A stretch of DNA of 64,000 nt from Perna viridis (lineage: Eukaryota), in the NCBI GenBank assembly GCA_037379345.1, contig CM074524.1, positions 3,445,635-3,509,634 on the forward strand, written 5' to 3'. Made by a program: the position numbers and the translations under genes. This document shows, piece by piece, positions 9,601 through 18,400 of the stretch. The first letter of the stretch is position 1; each line of letters begins with the position of its first letter. The notes below the pieces were generated by a model that ran no database searches, was not told the origin of the DNA, and was given only the letters and a program-made list of their open reading frames with translations.

Positions 9601-12479
9601 TTGATCAGTTCTTGTTCTATTTTCTCATCTTCAATTTCATTTAAAATATGAACATCATGTTTTTTCCACTCAATTTCAAGGGTATCATCTAAACTACAAC
9701 TTCCAGTTCTACTTGTTTTAAGAACGGACTCTGTGGTAAAACTTTCCATTTCCCCATGACTACCCAAAAGACCTAAATTAGAAAACCTACCACAGCGACT
9801 ATCAGCATATATTCCCTCCCTTTTGGCCAGATCAAAGTTAACAGTGAAACTTTCTCCATCACCAGGAGAGCGAATGTTTAAATCAGTCTCAAAGAACTCA
9901 TCACCAGAATGGTTGCTAGCCTGACTATCAGTGGCTGATCTGAGTCCACTACTGACTCTGTTGATTGAACTTGATTTGTTCACATCAAAAAATGGAAAAC
10001 TCTTATGTCGTTTTGACTTTGCAATTAAAATAGGGAACATTTTATCAAGATCTGTATCTAACATTTCAGGGAAAGTTTTATTTTTAATCATAAAACTAGA
10101 AAAGGGAGTCTTATAGTTAAATTTTTCTTCCACAGTTTTATTTCGACTTGAATTAACAACATCAACCCCTTGATCAGTTTCTGTATTTATGTTCAGGTTG
10201 TCAGTAAAACGTTGTGATTTGTTATGGGCAATAGCCGGTAAAGTATAAACTTGTCTGGGTGGTGCAAAATAACTAGATGAACCAAACAGTTTACAGGTAT
10301 GCAATCTACCTAAAGTTTTAGATCTTTTCAATGATTTTTTTATTGATTTCTCATCCAAGGGTACTAATGATTCAAGAATAAAGGAAAATGTTTTAGCCAG
10401 TCCCTTTCTATCACCAGCAACAAAAGAGTTAGATTTCTTATGCAATAGCTTCGACATCATTGCCTTCAATTCACTCTTATGATCCTTCTCAACCCTGTGT
10501 TTATACATTCTACATTCATTCATTTCCTTAACTTTATCTAACACTTTATCTTTTCTACTGCCTTCATGACAGTATGGAGAAGTTTCATTTTCATCATCAT
10601 GGCAAGTTTCACTACTAGATTCAAACTTGTTCTGGCTGTTATTAGAATTGTCACTAGCAAAATTACTGCTGAAATCATTGTATGGAGGAAGGATTTCATT
10701 TTCACAATTTTCTCTATACGATTCAGACCTCGTAAGCATAGTGCTTTTACTACTCATTTTAAAAAGCAGACTTCGGTTATCTATCCCAGAGTCTATACTG
10801 ACTCCATCATTTTGCCTTAACGGTACATTACATTGCCTAATGATAACATTACTTTGCCTACTGGAATTATTAATTTGCATCATTCCAACACTACTTTGCC
10901 TACTGGAATCATTATCTTGCCTCAATTCATCATTACTTTGTCTACTGGAATCATTATCTTGCCTTTCAACATAATTTTGCCTACCGGAATCATTATCTTG
11001 CCTCATTTCATCATAATTTTGCCTACTAGGATCAATATCTTGCCTAAAATCAACATTATTTTGCCTACTAGAAACATTATCTTGCCTAATGTAAACATTA
11101 TTTTGCCTATTGAAAACATTGTCTTGTTTAATGTCAACATTACTTTGCCTACTGGAATTACTATCTTGCCTAGTTTCATTATAACATTGCCTACTGGAAT
11201 TGTAATCTTGCCTCATCTCAATATTACTTTGCCTACTATCATCATCTTGCCTAATATCAATATCACTTTGCCTACTGACTAAACTATCCTCTCTATGTTC
11301 CACATTACTTTGCATACTGAGAACATTTTCTTGCTTAAAATCAACATCAATTTGACCACTTAAAACTTCCTCATGCCTTATTTCAACATCACTTTCCCCA
11401 CTTACTATATTGTATTGCCCTTTACCACTTTCATTTTGCCCACTTGGTAAAATTCCTTGCCTAATATTATCATCACTATGCCTGACTGCTAAATTGACTT
11501 GCCTACTAACAACATCATTTTTTGTATATCTATCATCATGCTGTATGCTATCTACACAAATCTGTCTAGACAGATCTAACCTTATCTGACTTAACGATTT
11601 CATCAGATCATTGCCTTGACTTTCATTTAAACTTATTGATGTACCCCCTCTACTCTTTATAGATTTAGCTGACTGTGACACAGTACTCGATATTCTTTCC
11701 TCAGAAACCCTACCAATACTATTATTACATCTATCAGGGTTGGACATATTATAATTTTCTCTGAAAGCCTCGACTTTAGAATTTTCATTAACTGTAGTAG
11801 GTTTAGCAAGATCACCTTTATTAACTAAACCAATTAACGAGGGGGAGTGATTGTTACCAGAATATACCTTTTTCTTAGCCACCTCTTTTCTGGCTTGGTG
11901 GCCCCTGAATCCAGCCTGTATTTTAGTGGCTGCCTTTTCTTCTTCTTCATGTTGAACCAGTTGTTTTTTCTTTGTTTGCACTTCCTTTCTAGCTTGATGT
12001 CCTCTAAATCCTGCTTGTATTCTCGTAGCTGCTTTTTCTTCTTCTTTCTTGTTATCGTCTCTTTTCTGTTTTCTTTGTTTAATATCCCGTCGAGCTTTAT
12101 GCCCACGGAATCCAGCTTGAATTTTAACAGCTGCTGCTTCCTCTTCTGTGTTCTTTTCCATCCTTTGTGTCTTCTTCTGTTTAATTTCTTCTCGGGCTCT
12201 ATGGCCGCGGTAACCAGATTGAATTTTGACTACAGCTGCCTCTTCTTTTGAATTCTTGAAATCACGTACCTGTTTTTTCTGTTTGATTTCCTTACGAGCT
12301 TGATGCCCGCGGAAACCTGCCTGTATCTTTGTTGCAGCTTCATTCTCTTGTTTCATCTGTTTAGATTTCATTGCATCATCCTGCTTCTTTCGATCGTCGT
12401 CTGCTTTCTTCTTTTTAAGGTCATTGACCTCCTTCCTGGCCTGATGACCTCGATAATTGGCCTGGATCTTGGTCGCAGC
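3699..12479 (-). CDS. Giant terminal coding exon (8,781 nt, 2,926 aa) with about 40 IQ/IQ-like motifs
   Basis: The 2,890-aa ORF extends 36 codons upstream in frame to the acceptor tatttctaaaag|GCTGCGACC. The junction with the previous exon builds 'DEHK|AATKIQANYRGHQARK'. IQ motifs counted by eye in clusters of about 6, 19, 16 and 2. Confidence 0.9.
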   Translation of the reverse strand, partial: AATKIQANYRGHQARKEVNDLKKKKADDDRKKQDDAMKSKQMKQENEAATKIQAGFRGHQARKEIKQKKQVRDFKNSKEEAAVVKIQSGYRGHRAREEIKQKKTQRMEKNTEEEAAAVKIQAGFRGHKARRDIKQRKQKRDDNKKEEEKAATRIQAGFRGHQARKEVQTKKKQLVQHEEEEKAATKIQAGFRGHQARKEVAKKKVYSGNNHSPSLIGLVNKGDLAKPTTVNENSKVEAFRENYNMSNPDRCNNSIGRVSEERISSTVSQSAKSIKSRGGTSISLNESQGNDLMKSLSQIRLDLSRQICVDSIQHDDRYTKNDVVSRQVNLAVRHSDDNIRQGILPSGQNESGKGQYNIVSGESDVEIRHEEVLSGQIDVDFKQENVLSMQSNVEHREDSLVSRQSDIDIRQDDDSRQSNIEMRQDYNSSRQCYNETRQDSNSSRQSNVDIKQDNVFNRQNNVYIRQDNVSSRQNNVDFRQDIDPSRQNYDEMRQDNDSGRQNYVERQDNDSSRQSNDELRQDNDSSRQSSVGMMQINNSSRQSNVIIRQCNVPLRQNDGVSIDSGIDNRSLLFKMSSKSTMLTRSESYRENCENEILPPYNDFSSNFASDNSNNSQNKFESSSETCHDDENETSPYCHEGSRKDKVLDKVKEMNECRMYKHRVEKDHKSELKAMMSKLLHKKSNSFVAGDRKGLAKTFSFILESLVPLDEKSIKKSLKRSKTLGRLHTCKLFGSSSYFAPPRQVYTLPAIAHNKSQRFTDNLNINTETDQGVDVVNSSRNKTVEEKFNYKTPFSSFMIKNKTFPEMLDTDLDKMFPILIAKSKRHKSFPFFDVNKSSSINRVSSGLRSATDSQASNHSGDEFFETDLNIRSPGDGESFTVNFDLAKREGIYADSRCGRFSNLGLLGSHGEMESFTTESVLKTSRTGSCSLDDTLEIEWKKHDVHILNEIEDEKIEQELIKVKHLATTYLQASVKSFLSRFWSFLKIRLETNIDDVTNLQAAVRGMICRKRLEYQIMEDDIEVQDIWRADAATKIQAIFRGYLVRKDNKVNSRLTVKKQVTFGAVSRIEIVDGELKKDITLIGKEIEDEDKTSLFKEMLKNPKCQNEELLSPESNVNNIAAQTIQSAFKEYKKGKTETATTVVQAAFHAFIGRRNSFHMLAEKSGTDEALVNKNFKSIKENTEKSVLKVQTGVDREQACRVIQRSFKAFFKEKQRNACQDTENQAAILIQKAFVKYMRVKNDKRNEAANIILRHFKTYRENMLMKIRAASIIQKTFRLWLCKKVKIRNDAATKLQSVIRGRWSRNRQWKIEKAASVIQTTFRKYRIRQSNLKQCLNDEARSMVDFILKTSHSCYSWQLNHERKTRNDAAIKIQTIFRGYMSRREYNEMKDNRNKAALKMQSFVRHHMTRILKQKMKAELDVKKPNEAAIKIQSIFKGRRSRVIFHDLKSNLENKRRNKAAVKIQSIFRGHRSRVKTDALNVTPQNQKLNAAAVKIQWYFRSYKSRVICKKSRVEHECEIAAVKIQSYYKGYRARVLLKKLKAVDDLQARFKGKLTRLQIKHDEHFIIESCKVSPIKHSSTVKGIFVKCKQKTNPSQMDLNTAVTKLQAALKARKTRREHKKQLRELNDNNVHYIVSALEGVLCARFVNEIQNVHSNTEENKTDNCQDSYHKFGNFSYSPQTKSEQKGFLDSDSDHAQFSVESGFVSGHSLQGATVSMNSVERTDDCGVWSNTNCTVQKDVESVLEIVKSKSEIDDDYFVEKASRSDIGDFSEVVTVVKNETNCERSVVSRSGSKMSRSFSRSTDKLFSIKEEIEIPIVRQESARKVVELVENAKSSDNVNFKNLSVQSMRLKKDSCSNASSLNCNTKFQQTCNDIFDINKCNYDEENKINSKLKDGRILQAAYKAHKLVNSLSSCYKSMSSVDKQSSCPKSLKIYLHSHLQASVRGFLFRQKFDNCFINTFLQPSKSRQNELSWYVSKLNTIKSCFGGGRIYGRGKFINSNYFTKFQSKRLDGKTDAVTLMQAAARGFLVRRRIQKRQNTKQLLHLRSVAQEEVMDILGLIHERDNAATKIQARYRGYRDRKKVNRIKVNEQRADALLFLQANVRAFLARRDINKRLIMDFWRQDNPVNRLGYVDSLDKVQASFHGYLFRRVAFVKLHQILKCDVAATVLQSGFRAYVERWHICRRKVAALARYHKAASELQIEFQSFLTRRNISANISRQSSCASKIQAGVRGYLSRKGYLEQKRAVTRIQSEYRGFKARQQFETLATERKNLAATKVQSYFRGYKVRRDVQLQARHLALELLQSSIKGYLVRKEVSVKLKNEAEMHAAAVRIQSCYRSYSQRNKYETMKFQHKNEVWLQKSKATTQIQSHVRGYLSRRKLMAQTVPYRNVAVDGKDPLFVQGSAENFDLITTGKISSVRPLTSGHHASLSNVHREHTFVIDADKHKEQFIPTACSTIAHVDSFSHLQESFRSLLSRRRKSTKPSQQFFHERSRFMAASHLQSFFRGYLTRRLTHKLCQYDNETSSVVVFFPKHPTPPPFVNNPDMVKISCSFEKQNNETVDRILPSFYDGGESTFVSEDIPVRVSYHRQHSDKEIEEENTKQEDEKIQYILHSKSAKSERQKENNTPVQYLYRSRESTRYKTPQQSHRPLNQYEEPSLFLHEGLEEERFDSDRRRFEEPSPPVRSAGSPALHSSHRQLDEISSLPDAHLRRHEEPSPFRRYEEPSPLRRYDEPFPLHETDKQVSKDVRNENRRFEEPSPNMQLNLHVGTTTVIDSYLRHDIDTHRSRFEEPSPVSTDLVDPDIEYPISPMEKTEAFSSHETNRKQSDVTRNSHDDSELSVETFSRRIVNEIQNSAILKEESLLILQAAFRGFLLRNKTYSKRLLKISKMDMDDKSIFDETALPFLHAGVKGYLTRHRELTSPPEM

Positions 12480-15400
12480 CTTTTAGAAATAATATTTTGT
12501 ATTAGTAAATATTCAATTAAAATAAAATTAAAAATATATACAACATAACTTTGAATGTATCAAAGGGACATTTTGAATTTTATTGTATTTGCTGTGCATT
12601 GTAATGATATATACCTGAAGCACCAAACGTGCATCCACTACCAACAACAGTGGCTTCTTTCACATTAGAATTAAAATTGAAAGAGTAAAGGATCCTATTG
12701 AGGGTTGTAAAGGAACAGTACTTAAAAGATATATTTTTAATAGGAAAGAGTAATCAAGGGAACCAAGGTTATAGCGGTAATCAAAAGAATGTAATACAGG
12801 GACAAAGACCAGACATGGAAAACAGACATACACAACAAAGAATATAAGGTAACTAAAGTCATACAAACAAAGTAACAAAAGCAAATGAGCAACTCGGACT
12901 CCACTAAAAACTGGGAGCATGGACCAGGTGCACCGGTAGGGTAAGCGTCCTCTGCTTTTCAAGAAACACCAGCCGAGTTGCTCATAAAATGTTTAGTCCG
13001 GAGTAAAGGAAAACTATGACAAGTTGAACAAATCAGTTTTCATGGCGCAGATAGATACACCGTAGTGATCCACAAGTTCATGACGACGACCATAAAACTT
13101 CTGTAGTGATGACTTCAATCTTGTAGCAACATAACTCCGTTCCAGAGGCCAATTTGTTAGAACTCTATTACGATACAAAAAGTCTGCCTAGTTTTGGCAA
13201 GCTCTGGCATAACATATGAGCTGTGATATGAACACTCCATATGCAGGTGCTGAAGGGATGCATTATAGATGAAAGGAAAGTTGACAATTCTGAACGAAAA
13301 GTCATCACGTTTGTCGTAAAGTTTGGTCAATAGTTTTCCTTTACCACTGATTTCTAAGTGTAGGTCATGATATGAGGCTGACCTTACAGTGTCTGTAGTA
13401 TCCTTTATCTCAAATTCTTTGGGGTAGATGCTATGTATCAAATCCCCCAAATTAGGATTGTTTAAAAATAATACGTCATCTATATTGCGGAAACTGAGAT
13501 TAAAGGATCTAGCTAAATGATATTCTTTCCTTCGTATCAGATCAGCTATAAAGTCAGCCTCATAAGAGTGAATGAATAGGTCAGCAAGTAGAGGAGTGCA
13601 ATTTGTTCCCATCGTTTTGTTGCGGACCGTTTGTTGAAAAATGTGTCTACCATACTGGACAAATATGTTGTCGATTAAAAATTCCAGCATTTTGTAAACA
13701 TCTTCTGTATATTTGGAAGATGATTTGGAATTATTTTTTACAAAGTATGAGGAATCTCTACCAAGAACTATATACTTGTATCTAGGTGTACCATCTTTTG
13801 GAAAAACAACAATATACAATGTTTTTAATTCGGGATTTTAACTGAGTATGGGGAATAGAAGTATACAGTGTTGAAAAATCATATTTATTCATCTGAACAG
13901 CCTTACAATAGACCAGTCTCGTTTTTCATTAGACGAAATCAAAAGTAACTTTAATTTAGTAGTTGAACTCTTGAATCATCCCAAACTTCTCTAATATCCG
14001 TTGTTTTACTAACCTATATTTAAGTAATACTCTTAAATGGTTTGGTAAGTATTGCAAATTATTATTAAAAAGTCTATTTTATCAAATCAGAATTTCAGAC
14101 AATTAATAAGTTTTAGTGGAGACATATTGCCAAATCTGTTTTACTTGTTAACTACTGATACCACAATGACATTTATTCAGAAAAGAAAGAGTAAAAGAAG
14201 GGAATGGAAAGAATAAATGAAAGAATATAAGTAGATGAATGTTAGGAAAGGATGAACAATGTGAACAGACTAGAGCAATCAAACGTATGCAGTTCTCATA
14301 CTGGTAGCATTTTGTGAATTCTGTAATTATCATATTTTTTCTTTAAAATCAAACAACTTGTTAAAATCAGGATACCAGTATTGACCACTTGATACCAGAA
14401 AAATCAGGATACCAGTATTGGCCACTTGAGATCAGAAAAATCAGGATACGAGTATTTACCACTTCAGACCAGAAAAATCAGGATACCAGTATTGACCACT
14501 TGAGACCAGAAAAAATCTGTTTCTTAAGAAAGTAATTTTTAAGTGTTAAAATTATTGTACATTACCAGACACATCAAAGTTAGAATATCAGTCCAAGGAA
14601 TATAAAAACCCTTCTAGAGTTTTACAAATGAATGCTATTTTTTAAAAGAGAATTTTAAAAAAAAATGTGGAACATAAATAGTAATTCAATATATCATAAA
14701 ACAGTATATATACTTGAGCTTTTGCTAATTATGAAACTTTTAAAAAAATAAACTATTTCTTCCTGAACCAGTTCTTAAGTAGTTTTCTGTGTCATCACAT
14801 TTTGATTTAAAATGAAATAAATTTGAACATGGCTAAGTACGTAATTTGTATAAGTACAATAAGAACTGAAAAAAAAATCAGGAATTCACAATTGCACAGA
14901 AAATTGTCATATTATTCATAAGATAAATAAATTCTTACCTTCAGAGGCATTGGAAATATAAGTAACAGAGACTGAAGCTGTGAATACAGTCAAAACAGAA
15001 AGATCAAACAATGCGACTAGGAAATCACTAAAAAAATAAATACAGACTAGAGGCACACAAAACAACAAAAGAAGATAATGCAGAGTGTAAGCAGAAATAC
15101 ATTGGAAACAACTGAAACTTTACTTGACCTAGACTTCCTAGTGATAGTTCTATCACCAAAGGTTTTACCATTATCAATATAGGACATTGTAGAAATATGT
15201 TAATTCATAATGCTGTCTAACTTAATAATAAAACACTGATCATCGAACAAAAAACCCCAGGCCAATCAATATATATTATAATTCAAATCAGCACAGTTTT
15301 CGAAAACTCCAAATTCTACTGGAAAAGGACAAAAACAAGCAAACAATCTTGAACATTTTTCTCTTCTTCTATCCATTATAACAACTCACACACTAATGAA

Positions 15401-18400
15401 GAATAATGACAGAAAAAAGCAAAGACCTCTGTAAATGTGGCCAGCTTCAGATTCTCTAAAATTGGCAATGGAGTGGGTTCAGTCAGATCTGCATTTTAAA
15501 CAATGGCAGAGCAACAACTGTGTGAAAATAGATATAAATTACACATTTTTATGGTTTATTTAATGCATGTGAAGGTGACAATAACATCACATAAGACTAA
15601 AGCTATCAAAATTAATTACTGAGTTCTCATACCATATTTCAAAACATTCTTATGAGAGGAAAAGCATATTTTCCCTTTCTATTGCCTAAAAAGGAGATGG
15701 GGGAAACTCCTTTGTTTGCTGTAAAAGAACATAAGAAAGGCACTATTTGTATTTTATCTTATTGATAATGTGACAAAAATTACTAAAGAGGGAACCTTGA
15801 AAGAGAGGTGTTAGAGCCTGAGAATCATAATATATTTTATGCAGCCATACAGACAATACATACTACACATATAAAGGAAATAATAAAGAGGAAAGAATGA
15901 ATGATAAATTAAAGATAAAGTGCATAGAACCATGACAACGATTAGGATGTGAAGAAAATGACACAAAAAGTACAGACATACTACAGCAGACAAAGACAGA
16001 TGAACAGCATTTACAAATCGAAGCAGTAAAAAGAATGAAAGAAGGTCAGACATATTGAACACAGAAAACATTAAGTAATGACAAAGTAATTTTTTGTTGG
16101 TGTCAATTGATAGAACAGCTGAATAACAAGTACATATCAAAACAGCAAAGAAAAAATAAAAGGATACACTTTTGTGACATATGTAAATAAAAAAATAATA
16201 TGACAAATTGGTGACAAAAGCAGATGAGAGACAATGAAAAGTAGAAGTAAAGAAAGAATAGTAGATTTTCTAGCATGCAACACATTTAGTCGAAGAAAAT
16301 AGAATGATCTGGCCATTAATTTTTTCAACAGATCAGATATAAAAAAATTAACACAGAAACAAAACATCAACAAAAACTTACAAATTGCATAGTTTTTTCA
16401 CTAAATTATTGTTCTTTTTTCACATATTTTAGTTCAACTTTTCTTTATTCAATTTTGACATATTTGTTTTTATTAATACTTTATTTTAAATGAATTAGTA
16501 CATTGTATATAGGTTTTCATGACAAAAATGTACAAAAAGATATGACGACTTCATCAAATTAGAATGCAGGAAAGGTAAAAAATGTAACAGATGAAACAAA
16601 GAAAGAAAGAAAATAGAAGAAACCCTATATTTTGCTTTTTACACCCAAGGCTCTATTTATTGAATCCCTTTTTAAATGAACTGGATTTGTTATTGATTTC
16701 CTAACAAACATGTTTATGACATCTATAATTTAAAAGCAAGTATTTATCTCCACCCCCCCATCACTATAAGCTATTTTTGTATAAAAATTAGGACAAAACT
16801 AATGAAGCAAAATGAAGTACAAGAGAGAGAGTGTTTTGTGTTTGAAAGGATTTTTTTTACTCTAAACACAAAAAGGTAATAATTTAAAGTTCATTTCAAT
16901 GGAAAATTATATCCACAATGAAAAGTGGAAATTATATCCACAATTTACATGGAAAATCATATCCACGATTAAAACATCAACCAATTGATTAGAAACATAG
17001 CAATTTCTTTTTAGTCACTACCTTATGTTCATCAGAAGGTGATGGAACTTTGTTATCCTTGGCCGGAGACTTCTTCCCAGTATCATTAGGTGTCGAAGCT
17101 CGCACAGTATCATAATTATTAAAGTTACGATCATCTTGTTTCGGAGGCGTGTCCTTTCTATTTTTATTAGAGGTTTGTTGAGGTGGTGCTTTACTATTCG
17201 ACTTATAAGTGCTGTTCTGTGACGTTTTGCTCAATGAATTACTAGGTGATTTTTGGTCACCCTTGACCCCATGTGACCTGTCACCATTTTGTTGAGACGT
17301 CTTACTGTGCGAGTGGTCAGGTTGTTTTTGCCGATTGTTCGTCTCCTATTGGGGTGTATCATATCAACAGTTAGGAACACACAGCAACCAATGTGAACAA
17401 TCAAACACTAAATGGGTCAACACAAACCAAATGATAAAATGTGAATTATATTTTGGCCTCACTTCAACACCAAGCATGTATAATTTGTTAGTAAGGACAA
17501 CATCATGAGAGCTACAGCTATGGTGCTACTGTGTACAGTGAAAAATATCATGCAAAAAAGTGTGTTAAGACCTCCTACCATTTTTTTTTACCTTCCTACT
17601 TAACAATTTTCTGTGTAATTAATGTTAAGTCCTGCATTGAAAAATATTTAACTCATTCTTTCTTTTTGTTTTGTTTTATTTGTTACAAAACTAATTTAAT
17701 TGAACTAAAATTTTCATATCTTTTACTAGATGGTATGTGTAAAAAAATCAAGTAAATTTCAGTTGTCTCCACTATTTTTTACTACAGTTTTAACTGTCTG
17801 AATTTTGTCCTAGCAAAGCAATCTCCCTAGAAGAAATAACGATCTTCTAGTATGTAACTGTCTTTGAAAACAAATAGCTCAATCTCATAGAAGATAAATT
17901 AAATCATTCAATGCTTCACTTCAAATTATATAAAAAATAGCCCAAAGAAGATCAGTATTAAAATCAAAAGATTTGAACGTGCAAATAATTCAGATAAAAA
18001 AAGGCTGAAAGAATACTGTGACTGTAATACTTAAAACACAAGCCAAGAGCAGCAGAAAATAATCAGACAAGCATTTAGATACTGAAAATACTGAAAATAC
18101 TGTGTCCAAAAACAAAGAAATTTTTAAAAAAATCTTGGTGTCAGTTTAATACTGGTTTCAGTTAGAATCATGCTAAAAAAAAAAAGAAAAAGTGATAAGT
18201 TGAACATGTGTGTCCTTAAACATTAAAATTCTTTCAGAAAGATATATTTCCAATAAAATGAATCAATGGTTTGGAAAGTAATGACATAACATAAAACAGT
18301 TAACTAATTTTTACCAAAAAAATTTTCTATAATTTTTTTCAATAAAGATCAATTAAAAACCAGTCATGTTTTCTAGTTTTCAATTAGTTTTCTATCTTGT

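Noticed and set aside
3699-12371. Calling the 2,890-aa ORF ASPM, or a stand-alone single-exon gene starting at Met 12371
   Set aside because: No CH, ASH or armadillo-like region is visible. The frame continues upstream to a splice acceptor at 12479 and joins the DCX exons.
10566-12548. Plus-strand ORFs (10566, 10627, 10833, 11847, 12300) and other ORFs overlapping the giant exon
   Set aside because: Antisense or alternate-frame shadows of repetitive coding sequence.
12660-12962. Short ORFs over the repeat at 12660-12962, 37164-37489 and 59847-60110
   Set aside because: They lie in non-coding retroelement 3' ends, and the frames are not conserved between copies.
15811-16373. Hydrophobic F/L/C-rich minus-strand ORFs resembling membrane proteins
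   Set aside because: By-product of T-rich intronic sequence, with no convincing splice pairs or domain.
16989-17021. Read-through terminus VVTKKKLLCF* as the end of the DCX gene
   Set aside because: A phase-0 donor AAG|gtagtg joins cleanly to the IQ exon. Read-through remains possible as a minor isoform but has no support.
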